The notes beneath the pieces were generated by a model. It was not told the origin of the DNA, made no database searches, and worked only from the letters and a program-made list of their open reading frames with translations. 64,000 nt of DNA from the NCBI GenBank assembly GCA_013416795.1, contig RQSC01000007.1, forward strand, positions 178,490-242,489. Reading direction: 5' to 3'. Position numbers and translations under genes: made by a program. Shown here in pieces: positions 1 to 11,168 of this stretch. The stretch's first letter is position 1; each line of letters opens with the position of its first letter. This stretch comes from Prasinococcaceae sp. CCMP 1430 (lineage: Eukaryota > Plantae > Prasinodermophyta).

Positions 1-1026
1 CGGCACCCCCACCTTGTCAGCCTTGGTGATGAGCCAGTCCTGGATGGTGCGGATGTTGCGCAAATACTTGACGTACTTGTTCTTGGCCGGATCGAGTGTC
101 ATGTACTTGGCGCGCACGGCGAAGCGCTCGCGGTGCTTATTCTCGTCACGAATGTAGATAAGGAATGGCACGGCGGAGCGATGCCTGCGCATGAGCTCCA
201 CCACAAGATTCAGGCTCAGGTGCACGCCCTCCACGACGACACTCTCCAGGCGCTGCTCGCAGCGCGCGAGGAGCGCGCCGACCTGTGAAATGACCTTGCT
301 GCTCTGGTCCTTGTACCCAATAATGCAGCGGCGGTCGGCGCTCTGGGACGCGGGCGTGCCCCCTCCCCCGCCGCTGTTCTCCGCGCTGCCACCACCACCA
401 ACACTTCCTGCGCCCCTTGCACGCGCGCCAGCTTCGGAACCGACGGCAGTGACGAGATCCCCCGCCTCGTAGCTCGACGCGAACAGGATGGGGTCCCTCT
501 CTGCGGTGGTCTTGGAGCGCAGCACATGGCGCAGCGAGTCTGTGCTGACGACCGTGGTGATACCGAGGTGCGCAGCCAGCAGGCTCGCCAGCGTGCTCTT
601 GCCGCAGCCGCTCGTGCCGCTGAGGAGTACGCTCACACTGCGTCGGCGCTCCGAGATGGACATCGCCACCCGGAGGTCGTCCATGTCGACCGCGTACCCC
701 TGCTGCGAGAGCTCACACGACACCACCTCCTCGAAGGCGCCGCGCGAGAGAGCGACGGCGCCCGGCAGTGCCTGCTCAGGCAGCCCCCGGCAGCACGCCC
801 CCGCCAGCGCCCCTGGCGTGCACCGCGCGAACACGCGCTCGCACATACGCTGGGCGTGGCGCGGCTTGGCGCCGAGCATGTGCAGCGCGGGCTGCAGCAG
901 GTGCGGCGAGTAGCGGGGCGGCCGGGCGGGCCGCGCCGTCCCGTCCGCGAGCACCGGCTCGTCGTCCACCACATAGACGTGATCGGGCGGCCGCGGGGCC
1001 GCCCCGGGCGGCTCGCCCGGCGCCAT
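1..1026 (-). CDS. LPA1: P-loop NTPase, LPA1 / 2-phosphoglycerate-kinase-like (3' end runs off the window)
   Basis: Manual translation from ATG 1026 is open to base 1, so it is absent from the ORF track. It gives MAPGEPP...SVLLSGTSGCGKSTLASLLAAHLGITTVVSTDSLRH (Walker A) and VEGVHLSLNLVVELMRRH...KHRERFAVRAKYMTLDPAKNKYVKYLRNIRTIQD, matching plant LPA1. Confidence 0.9.
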   Translation of the reverse strand, partial: MAPGEPPGAAPRPPDHVYVVDDEPVLADGTARPARPPRYSPHLLQPALHMLGAKPRHAQRMCERVFARCTPGALAGACCRGLPEQALPGAVALSRGAFEEVVSCELSQQGYAVDMDDLRVAMSISERRRSVSVLLSGTSGCGKSTLASLLAAHLGITTVVSTDSLRHVLRSKTTAERDPILFASSYEAGDLVTAVGSEAGARARGAGSVGGGGSAENSGGGGGTPASQSADRRCIIGYKDQSSKVISQVGALLARCEQRLESVVVEGVHLSLNLVVELMRRHRSAVPFLIYIRDENKHRERFAVRAKYMTLDPAKNKYVKYLRNIRTIQDWLITKADKVGVP

Positions 1027-1372
1027 CTCGCGGCGCCGGCGCCGCGCGCGCGCTGTGCCGCGCGCAACGGGGCCGCTCGATGCACGCCGACCCCAATCCT
1101 GACCCGACCGTGAATCCCAATTTACATGTACCAATTGGTACCATCCATGGTAGCGGAAGGGAGTTGATCGCAGGAGGGTTCGCAATTCGGTGGACGCAGC
1201 GAAGCGCAGGTGCTCGCGCAGGCGAGCCTGGCTGGGATGTGTGAGCACGGCGCTGAGCACAGCAGACTTGGAGCAGAGCCCGTGCGCGGGCGTCGCACGA
1301 CGAATGGGTCGTTTAGAAGTATGTGTGGGCAATCACTAGTGCAGATATATGCATCCCTCGCCCGACTCTAGA

Positions 1373-4300
1373 CTAGCGAAGCTCGTCCTTGGCGTCCTCG
1401 GACCCCTCCTGCCCCTCGCCCGCCGCCGGGTCTTCCTCGCCCGCGGGGGCATCGACGTCTGCTGCGCCCTCGACGCCCTCGGCGCCCTCGGCGCCTGCCT
1501 GCCCCCCCTCATCGGCGCCGCCATCCGAGGCCGCCGTGTCACCCCCCGCCGCACTCTCGCCCTCGCCCTGGCCCGCCGTGGCCTCGCCCTCGGCCTTGTC
1601 GTCGGTGGCGTTGGTCTTGGTGGCGTTGACCTTGGCCTTGGGCGGCTTAGGCTTGGGCGTCGCCTTGAGGCGATCGAAGCGCTTCTGAAGGGGCGCCACC
1701 CGCTCGGCAAGCTCGTGCACGCGGTATGCCGGCTCCTCAAGCAGGCTCCTCTCTTCCTGCTCGGCGTTCTTGTTAGCCACGAACTCCTCAAGCGCCTCGA
1801 CGTCCTCGAGAAGGTTGGCGATCTTCGTCGCGTTGATGTATGGCTTCGACTCGGGCCACTGCGTGAGCGACTCCTTCGATTTGGTGATCCACTTGTTGAC
1901 CGCCTTGAGGGCCGCTGGCCGCGCCTGCATCTCGTTCAGCCGCTCGAAGATGGCGTCACCGGTCTTCTTGAGCTCAGCCAGCTTGTCGACGAAGGCAGTG
2001 GATGGCTCGTCGGCACCGTCCATGTACAGCCAGTCCTCGGCGTCGGTGAGCGCCTCGATGAACACCTCGCGCTCCTCTTCAGAGCTGACGTCGAACACGC
2101 CGCTGTCCTCGTCGCGCATTTTGGAGCGCGTCTCGATAGCGTACGCCTCGAGCTCGTTCTTGGCCGCCGCGGTGGCAAGCTTCTCCAAGTCAGCATCGTT
2201 GAGCTTCCTCATGGTTTCCTTCGCCGCCTCCATCGTCGGCGCGTCCAGCCCGGCGTACTGCATTGGGCTGATCTCGATCCTGAGCTGGGGCTTGAAGGTC
2301 TTGTTCTTGGCTTTGAGCTCGTACTTCGGGGCCGCCGGCTTCTCCTCGGCGGGCTTCTCGCCCTCCTCCGCGGGCTTGTCGCTCTCCTCGGCACTCTTGT
2401 CGGCCTCGGCCTCCTCGGGACCCTTGGCGGCGCCCTCGTCCTCCAGCAACTTGCGGGCAGACGACGTCTCTGCGGCGGGGTCCTCGGCGGCGTCCGCTCC
2501 CTCCTCAGTCGCCTCGGTGGCTTCGTCTCCTTCGGCCTTGGCGCCCTCCTCCTCGGCCGCCTTGGTGCCCTCCTCGGCCTTGGCTTTCTCCTTCTTCGGC
2601 GCCTTCTCCTTCTTGGCCTTGGGCGGCTTGATGGTCACATTGACCATCTCCACCACCTCGACGATGGCCTCGGCCTTGTTGAGGCTCACGAGGCCGTAGC
2701 GATCGACACCGAAGTGCATCTTGACCTTGGTGATGTTTGCAGACTCGTACTTCGGCGTCGGCAAGCGGTCGCCTCCCAGGGTGTACTTCTCCTGGACGTC
2801 GGCCATGCCGCTGACGTTGAAGCCCAGGGATTCGGCCTTGGCGACGCCCGGCGGCAGCTGAACGTCCTCCGCCGAGGGTTCGCCGTACTTGATGGTGGTG
2901 ATGGCGTCCTCGCCGGTGAACGGCAGGCTGACCACGCGCTTGTTGGGAAGCACCTTGAGCGGGGGCAGGAACGAGCTGTCCTCCTCGCCCTCCATGCTGA
3001 TCGTCATGGGGTACGTGGTAACGTCGTTCAGGCCGAACGGACGCATGCGGAAGGTGGTCGAGAGGTTGGCGGCGTACAGCGCCGTGCCGAAGACCACGGC
3101 CTCAGCTGAGTCCAGGTGGCGGTCGAGATCGCGGCCGCCCAGGGTCTTGGAAAGCTCCTCCACGACGCGCGGGATGCGAGTTCCGCCGCCGAGCAGCTCG
3201 ATGTTCTCGATCATGTCCACGGTGACGCCAATTTCGCTCGCACGCTCGAGTACGCGCTCGAGGGGCGCCGCGACGCGCGCGAACAGATCGGCGCACAGCT
3301 CATGGAACTTGGGCGGGTTGATGGAAGACCTGAGGTCGGTGTCCTCATAGATGGCCTCGACGTTGCAGGGGGCGTTGACGTTGGCGGTCAGAGACAGCAC
3401 CTCCTTGGTCTTGGCCACCTCCTTGCGCATCTTGCCCATGGCCCTCGGCACGGTGCGGATGTCGACGCCCCCCAGCATCTTCTCGTGCTTCGCGTTGAAT
3501 TCCTGCGCGAAGTGGTCCATCAGGCACACGTCAAAGTCCTCGCCGCCCAGCGCCTCGTCCCACTCGATGGCGCGCGGGACGAACTGGCCGACGCTCTTCT
3601 TGGTCGAGCCCTTGCCGGTGGTGTACGAGTTGAACTCGTACAGCGCGGCCCAGGTGTTGGTGGCGCCCATGTCGTAGAACACCACGTGGGTCGTCTCCTC
3701 GAACTTCTTATCGATGCCGTACTGGAGCGCCGCGGCGCTCGGCTCGTTGAGCAGGGCGAGCACGTTCATGCCCGCGATCTCAGCGGCGTCGAGCAGCGCC
3801 ACGCGGTGCTCCTGGCCGAAGAATGGCGGCACCGTGAGCACGGCGTCGCGAATTTCGGACTTGGCGTGCTCCTTGGTGAAGTCGAGGACATAGTGGAGCA
3901 TTGACGCCATCATCTCCTCCGGCGCGAACGACTGCCCCCCTTCGGCGTTGAACACAGGGACGCCGCGCTCCTCGTCGGCGGTGATGTTGTAAAAATGGAA
4001 GGTGTCCGCGTACTTTGCCACCAGCTCCTCGCTGAACCCCTGGGCGAGCGCGTCGCGCACGCGCTCAAACACGAGGTTCGGGTACCGCGGCGCGATCGCC
4101 TTGGCCTCCTCGCCTGCGAGAAGCCAGGCACGCGCGCGGGTCAGCGTGCGCCACGCCGCTCGCCGCCTCGGTCGACCGCGCGCCGATCAGCACACCGATC
4201 GAGTGCGCGCCGCGCAGAGCGCGCGCGCGCGACGCACCCAGGATGCGCTCGCCCTTGCCCTTCGAGAAGGCCACCACCGCCGGGGCTTTTCTCTTGCCCA

Positions 4301-4503
4301 TCTCATTGAGGACGATGTCGATCGGGGTCTTGCCTGGCTTTACGACGCACGCCTTGAGGTTCTGCCCGCCGACGTCTACGCCGATCACCGCCGGGCGCGC
4401 CGCCGGCACCGCCGCGAGCAGCGCAGCCGCGAGCAGCGCCGTGCGCGCGCGCGCGCGCGCGCTACGCCGGCCGGGCCTCGGCGCCCGGTCGGTCGGCGCC
4501 CAT
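1373..4503 (-). CDS. HYOU1: ER-lumenal HSP70-family nucleotide exchange factor (GRP170/HYOU1, plant HSP70-17 type)
   Basis: Exon 1 (~4503-4238) has a signal peptide (TALLAAALLAAV) followed by VIGVDVGG...DIVLNEMGKRKAP. Intron 4237-4114 (GTGCGT...CAG). Exon 2 (4113-1373) has AVLTVPPFFGQ, NEPSAAALQYG, FYDMGA, ELLGGGTRIP, AKNELEAY and ends KDELR*. The likely ATG at 4503 is one base out of frame (ATGGGCG). Confidence 0.92.
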
Positions 4504-4920
4504 CCGTTTCGATGTGCGCGCGACACCGACACCGACCCACACTCAATTTGATCACCGGATCTCCTGGCTGGACGCACGGCTGATGCTGACCTGACTGAAT
4601 CCCCTGCCGGTCTGTCTGTCTGTGTGGTGTGGTGCACCTCGAGCTCTTCTTCAGTCAGGTCAGGTCTCGCGAAAAGCCTGCGACGGCGAGGCTGCGACTG
4701 GCTGAACACCCGCGCGCTGTGGTCTTGCAAGCTCCGACCGACAGTTGCTGCTGCTCCTCCCCCGGCGCACGGTCCCGCGCAGGCGAAATGCCGTTTTTGA
4801 TCCGATTTTGGGCGGACGCGCTGCCGCGGCGGCGGGGGCGGCGCGCGGTACCGTCCGTGGCGGTGCAGCGAGAGCCGCCTCGGCCGAGCGCGGCGAATTG
4901 GCGGAATCGCGCGGTGCGCC

Positions 4921-5087
4921 NNNNNNNNNNNNNNNNNNNNNNNNNNNNNNNNNNNNNNNNNNNNNNNNNNNNNNNNNNNNNNNNNNNNNNNNNNNNNNNN
5001 NNNNNNNNNNNNNNNNNNNNNNNNNNNNNNNNNNNNNNNNNNNNNNNNNNNNNNNNNNNNNNNNNNNNNNNNNNNNNNNNNNNNNNN
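4921..5087. other. assembly gap (N run)
   Basis: Run of N in the sequence. Confidence 1.
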
Positions 5088-5145
5088 CGGCCGCGCGGGC
5101 GCGCGCGGCCGGCTCCGCGCCCCGAGAGGGAGGAGAAGGTGGCAT

Positions 5146-5737
5146 ATGACGGCCCCGGGCGTGGGAACCAGCCCCGCGTCCGCGCGCGTGCGGTCCCCTT
5201 GGCCCTCGCGCGCGGGCGCGCGCGCGTCTCGCGCACGCGCGTTCGCGCTGGCCCGATGGCGCCCAGCCAAGCCAGCGCACCGCCCCGCGCGCCCCACCTG
5301 CGCGCTGCGCACGCGTCCGCGCGCAGGCGCGGGCGGGGGCCGCGGTGCGCCCGTGGTTGGTTGTGCGCCTGTGCGACACGCTGCGCCGAGCGCCCTGCCT
5401 TCGCCCTGGCCGCTGACGCGTGAGCGCGCCTGCATATGCTGCACTTTGGCACGTCCCGCTTGCGAACCCTCCTCGCGCCTATCTCCACCCCCCCCCTGTA
5501 GGCCTGTCGCTGGCGCCGCGCGCGGTGACCCCCGTGCAGCGCACTCGCGGCTCGCTGGTGGTGGTCGCCGGCGGCCTCTCGCTGGGCTGCACCAAGGGTG
5601 GCACGAAGCGCAAGCGCGCGAACACCTCGGGCTTCCGCGCGCGCATGGCCACGCCGGCGGGGCGTGCGGTGCTCAAGAGGCGCCGCAAGAAGGGCCGCAA
5701 GAACCTCTGCCCGGCCAGCCACGGCAAGAAGAAGTAA
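5146..5737 (+). CDS. PRPL34: plastid 50S ribosomal protein L34 precursor
   Basis: Last exon 5502-5737 encodes [48 protein letters not shown] (bL34 signature) after an R/A/P-rich transit-like region. Phase-compatible donors at 5345 (GTGCGC) or 5420 (GTGAGC); acceptor TGTAG at 5501. Start codon uncertain. Confidence 0.8.
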
Positions 5738-6315
5738 GTGGGCCGCGGCAGCTGGAACATAGATGAGGGCGCGACCGAGGACGGAGACGTCACGCGACGA
5801 GCTCCACTGCAGTGGTGGCTCGTCCGGCACAGTCGCACGCGGGTGGCCGCGCGCGTGTATGGCCGTCTCGGGGGCCAGCGCGTAAATACATTGTATCATC
5901 TTGCTTAAGCATCGTCTCCGTCCTGCTCGCAACCGAGAGCGCCGGGAGGCAGGTGTTGATAGCTGGTGAGCTGGCTGGCTTGGGCCGACCATGCGGGCGT
6001 GTGGCTCTCTCGTGAGGGTCGTCGCGTACGCGTGCGAGAGCGCGGCCATTGCTCACGCGTGCGGTCTTCCAGCCGGCTCACGAGCAGCGCCGTGCGACGC
6101 AGTGCGTTGACGGCATGGCGTCGACAGGTGTCGTTATCACGCAAATGGAGCAGTACAAATTGTACCTCGAGGCACCCTCCCCTAAAAAAAACGGCTTGCT
6201 CGGTCGCCACGATGCACAACAGTGTTCATCTCCTGCCTCGCAAGAGAGCTGCATAGGGCGAGCTTCCTGTCACCACCTTCGGCGCGCCACTCACGCTGTG
6301 AAGTGCGCGAAAGGC

Positions 6316-7112
6316 TCAGGACAGGCTCTTCTTCTTCTTGCGAAGGAGATCCTCCGTGTCGACTGTCTCGATCTTGGCGGCCTGTGGGCGTGCCGAGCGA
6401 AGGCCCGAGCGGAGTCGGGGTCAGCGCGAGGGCTGGGCTCAGGCGATGCGCGCGATGCGCGCTGGGCGCGGCTCTCGAGAAACGCGAGCAGCCCATCCTA
6501 TTACGGCGCGTTGCGCACCGCGTGCTGCCCTTCCTTCCCGCTGCGCAGGGAGCGCGCAGCGCGCGGCGCTCGCTTTGGAGATCGGCGCGCGCAAACGCAC
6601 CAGGATGAAGTCGTTCTCACTGAGCCCGCCGATGGCGTGCGTGAATATGGAGACTTCGAGGTTGTTCCAGCCCGTCAGGTGGAGGTCCGGGTGATGGCCC
6701 TCCTCCTCGGCGACAGCGCCGATGCGCTGCATCAATTCGAGCGCCTTGACGAAGTTCTTCGTCTTGTAGCGCCTGTGGAGGCTGAGGATGCCCGCCTGGC
6801 CATCGACCTCCTCGAGCGCCCAGAGTGGCACCTGCGGCATTAGCTTTTCCGCCTCCGCCTCCGTGAGTGCCTGCGCGACAGCGCGGGGCAGATGGCGCGG
6901 GGGCGCGGGTCAGCGGCGCGCGCCCTCGGATGCGCAGGCCTTCCCGTTGGCGGGGGGGGCGGGGGGAACGGGCAGGGGGGGGCGCGCGTGCGCTCCGGTC
7001 TGTAGCGTAACGGCGCGCGCACCTCAATGTCCTTGCCCTCGCACGGGATGCATCGCTTCTCGAGCAGCCGCTCACCACCCTCGGCGGTGTCACTTGCGGC
7101 GCACGACGCCAT
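6316..7112 (-). CDS. PCD1: pterin-4-alpha-carbinolamine dehydratase (plant PCD1 type)
   Basis: Exons 7112-7023, 6870-6601 and 6381-6316 with GTGCG..CAG introns. Protein: KRCIPCEGKD...[55 protein letters not shown]. A longer targeting peptide upstream is possible. Confidence 0.9.
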
Positions 7113-7860
7113 CACGCGGCGGAAGGAGCGCGGAGCGCGCACCCCCTTGGGTGCACCGTACGACGCCGCGATTCTCTGGTTCGCGCGCCAGCAGATCGGT
7201 CAGCGTTCGAGTGCGCGCCAGCAGGCGGGCGCGGGGCGCCGGGCGCGGGCCTGATGGCAATCCCAGCAGCGTCACTAGCCGCGAGTCACGAGCGCTCACG
7301 GTGCGCGTAGCCTTCCGCCCGCGCCGCGCACGAGAGAGCCCCCGCGCCCCTCCTTCCCACCATCACCACCCAGACCCGCGCGCGCGCTGCGTTGCCCCCC
7401 GCGCCACGTCATCCCGCGCGCGTCGCGCGCGCCGCGCGGTCTTCCCCCCGCTCCGTGTGCCGCGGGCGCCGCGAGGCAGCAGCAGCGGCAGCGGCGGCGG
7501 GAGCGCCGACGGCGCCAGCGCCGACAGCAGCGGGGCAACCGCCGACTCGTCCCTCCCCGACCCAGTTCTAAATACACAATCGTTCCATTCATCATACGTA
7601 CCCACGGGAATCGCAACGTCGCATTCGCGCGGTTTCCTCGGACCATTCCGCGCGCTCGCGCCCCCCTCTTTCCCCCTCCCCGTCCACTGGCGGTTGTCTG
7701 GCCAGCACGCGCTCTCCGACCACAGGCGCTTCGATCGAACGCGCGCCTCCCTTCCTGCCCGCCCTCGCGCGACGGAGACGAGGCGCGGGCGCCGCAAGCG
7801 GACGGGGGATCCACTCGACGGCAGGTCGGAAGCCAACACGCACGCACGCACGCACGCGCA

Positions 7861-7990
7861 CAAACTCACGCCAAAAAACCAAAAGTCTCCTGCAAAAACA
7901 TCCCCGGAAAAACGGAGAGCACCCCCACCCAAAACACCACCCAAAAACACGGACACGGAAGAAGAAAAAAGAGAGAGAGAAAAAAAGATG
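7861..7990 (+). promoter_or_regulatory. A-rich tract upstream of PABP (candidate autoregulatory 5'UTR element)
   Basis: Multiple A4-A7 runs in an otherwise very GC-rich sequence, on the sense strand upstream of PABP. Function is inferred. Confidence 0.35.
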
Positions 7991-8137
7991 CAGTGCCTGC
8001 AGTGTGGACGACGATGACGGATGTTTTGATGAGCGGCGCCGCGCGCGCGCGCGCGCCGCGCGGCGCTTCGCGGTTCGGTTTCGGGTCCGTTTTCTGCGTT
8101 CCGGCCGCGGGCGGTCGCCGTTGCCGCCCGTCGCGCC

Positions 8138-8748
8138 NNNNNNNNNNNNNNNNNNNNNNNNNNNNNNNNNNNNNNNNNNNNNNNNNNNNNNNNNNNNNNN
8201 NNNNNNNNNNNNNNNNNNNNNNNNNNNNNNNNNNNNNNNNNNNNNNNNNNNNNNNNNNNNNNNNNNNNNNNNNNNNNNNNNNNNNNNNNNNNNNNNNNNN
8301 NNNNNNNNNNNNNNNNNNNNNNNNNNNNNNNNNNNNNNNNNNNNNNNNNNNNNNNNNNNNNNNNNNNNNNNNNNNNNNNNNNNNNNNNNNNNNNNNNNNN
8401 NNNNNNNNNNNNNNNNNNNNNNNNNNNNNNNNNNNNNNNNNNNNNNNNNNNNNNNNNNNNNNNNNNNNNNNNNNNNNNNNNNNNNNNNNNNNNNNNNNNN
8501 NNNNNNNNNNNNNNNNNNNNNNNNNNNNNNNNNNNNNNNNNNNNNNNNNNNNNNNNNNNNNNNNNNNNNNNNNNNNNNNNNNNNNNNNNNNNNNNNNNNN
8601 NNNNNNNNNNNNNNNNNNNNNNNNNNNNNNNNNNNNNNNNNNNNNNNNNNNNNNNNNNNNNNNNNNNNNNNNNNNNNNNNNNNNNNNNNNNNNNNNNNNN
8701 NNNNNNNNNNNNNNNNNNNNNNNNNNNNNNNNNNNNNNNNNNNNNNNN
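8138..8748. other. assembly gap (N run), probably hides the PABP start
   Basis: Run of N; the PABP frame is open immediately after it. Confidence 1.
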
Positions 8749-10457
8749 CCCTCTTGGCGGCTGCCGCGCCGGCGGCTGAGGGCGCGGCCGCCGCGCCGGC
8801 CAAGGGCGACGTGTCGGCGTCGCTGTACGTGGGCGACCTCGACTCGTCGGTGTCGGAGGCGCAGCTCTACGAGGTCTTCTCGAACGTCGGCCCCGTCGTG
8901 TCGATCCGCGTGTGCCGCGATCTCGTGACGCGCCGCTCGCTCGGCTACGCGTACGTGAACTACAACAACCCCCAGGACGCGGGCAAGGCCATCGAGCTGC
9001 TCAACTTCACCGAGATCAACGGGCGCTCCATGCGCATCATGTTCTCGCACCGCGACCCCTCGGCGCGCCGCTCGGGCCTGGGCAACATCTTCATCAAGAA
9101 CCTCGACAAGGAGATCGACAACAAGGCGCTGCACGACACTTTCGCGCAGTTCGGCACCATCCTCTCGTGCAAGGTGAAGACCGACGAGGCGGGCGTCTCG
9201 CTCGGCCAGGCGTACGTGCAGTACGACACCGCCGAGGCCGCCGAGCAGGCCATCGAGAAGGTCAACGGCATGCTGCTCAACGACAAGCAGGTGTCCGTCT
9301 CGCACTTCGTGCGCAAGAGCGACCGCCAGAAGGCCAACGAGAACAACTACACCAACGTCTTCGTCAAGAACCTCGACGAGGCCTGGGGCGAGGAGAAGCT
9401 GAGGGAGATCTTTGCCGACTACGGCGAGATCACCTCGGTGTCGGTGTCCAAGGACGAGGACGGCAAGGGCCGCGGCTTCGGCTTCGTGGCCTTCGGCAAG
9501 TCCGACGACGCCGTCAAGGCCGTGGAGGAGATGAACGGCAAGGAGGTGGACGGCAAGGAGCTGTACGTCGGCCGCCACCAGAAGAAGGCGGAGCGCGTGG
9601 CGGAGCTCAAGGCCAAGTTCGAGCAGGAGCGCAAGGAGAAGTACGACAAGCTGCAGGGCGTCAACCTCTACCTGAAGAACATCGACGAGTCGAGCGACGA
9701 GGACAAGCTGCGCACGCTCTTCGAGGAGTTCGGCACGATCACCTCGTGCCGCGTGCTGCGCGACGCCCAGGGCAACTCCAAGGGCTCGGGCTTCATCGCG
9801 TTCTCGTCGCCCGAGGAGGCCACCAAGGCCGTCACGGAGATGAACGGCAAGATGGTGAACAACAAGCCGCTGTACGTCGCCCTCGCGCAGCGCAAGGAGG
9901 AGCGCCAGGCGCGCCTCAAGGCGCAGTTCGCCCAGCGCATCGCCCAGGGCGGCGCCATGCCCTCGGTTCCCCCCATGTTCCCGCCGCCCATGGGCCAGGC
10001 CGGCATGTTCTACGGCCAGCCGCCGGTCATGCCCGGCATGGGCTACCCGCAGCAGATGATGGTGCGCCCGGGCATGCCGCCCTACCAGGGCATGCCCATG
10101 ATGGGCGGCCCGCAGGCCATGCCGCGTCAGGGCGGCGGCCGCGGCCGCGGCATGGGCCGCGGCGGCCGCGGCGGTGCCGCCGCCGCGCCGGCCGCACCCG
10201 CGCCGGCCGCCGGCCTGGGCCTGGCGCAGGTGCTCGCCAACTCGACGCCCGACCACCAGCGCATGATCCTCGGCGAGGCGCTCTACCCGCAGGTTGAGGA
10301 GCTCCAGCCCGCCAACGCCGGCAAGATCACTGGCATGCTCCTCGAGATGGACCAGTCGGAGGTGCTCCACCTCATCGAGGCACCCGACGCACTGCGCGCC
10401 AAGGTCGACGAGGCCATGGCCGTGCTCCAGCAGGCTGCGGCGCCCGAGAGCGCCTAA
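8749..10457 (+). CDS. PABP: cytoplasmic poly(A)-binding protein (4 RRM + MLLE), 5' end in gap
   Basis: SLYVGDLD, SIRVCRDLVTRRSLGYAYVNY, GNIFIKNLDKEID, TNVFVKNL, VNLYLKNI, SKGSGFIAF, and C-terminal QRMILGEALYP...AGKITGMLLEMD. Confidence 0.97.
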
Positions 10458-11168
10458 GCAGAGAAACTCACAAAAACTCGAATAGGCCAGCCCAGCCTCA
10501 AAATCCACCTGCCTCGGGAGAGCACGTAGGGGAGCACGCCCCGGCGGAGAGGGTTAGGAGCAACGCTCGAACCGACCCTCGACAAGCAGACGACCTCCGT
10601 ATTCACTCCGCCCACGCCATCCATACACTAGCCTCGACGGCGCAGCGCGGCGTCCGGCCGACCACGACCAAACGCTTAACATTCACCACGCGACGTGGGG
10701 GAGGGAGCGACTTCAGCTCCCGCCCCCGCCCGTCGACGACGTGGCGGTCCGACGACGCGCCAGCGCACCCGCACACCACTTTGCAACCCCTCGCCGGGGG
10801 GTCCCTGAGTTTTCACCGTGGCAGCGCAGACAAAAAAAAGTAACGTCACCCGTTTCAAAGCATGGCAGCGCGCATGCACGCCGAAGCGCGCGCGCGACCG
10901 CGCGTGCCGTCGCCTCGATTTGCTCGTGAACACGTCAAAGCGCCCGTGCGCGAGAGGCCGAGGGCAGCGCGAAGACCGTCGAGCGGCAAGAGAGACACCT
11001 CGCGCGCCGACGCGTGGGCGCGATCACGCATGCAGTGGATCACTCCCTTCGTCGTGTCTTGAGTTACCATGCGTCCTCATCAGTACGCCGCTGGGTGACT
11101 AGAGGTGAAACTGTGCGTGACACGTTGAGCTACTACTGTGTGTGCAAGCACGAGGCGCGCGCACTTGC

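Noticed and set aside
1349-3109. 586-aa plus-strand ORF, and similar long antisense ORFs (7866-10508, 22277-23872, 37033-38211, 41345-42496)
   Set aside because: Shadow frames antisense to well-supported genes; strong GC3 bias suppresses stops on the opposite strand.
5780-6310. ORFs downstream of PRPL34 and PCD1
   Set aside because: No codon bias or recognisable motifs; consistent with 3'UTRs of the converging genes.
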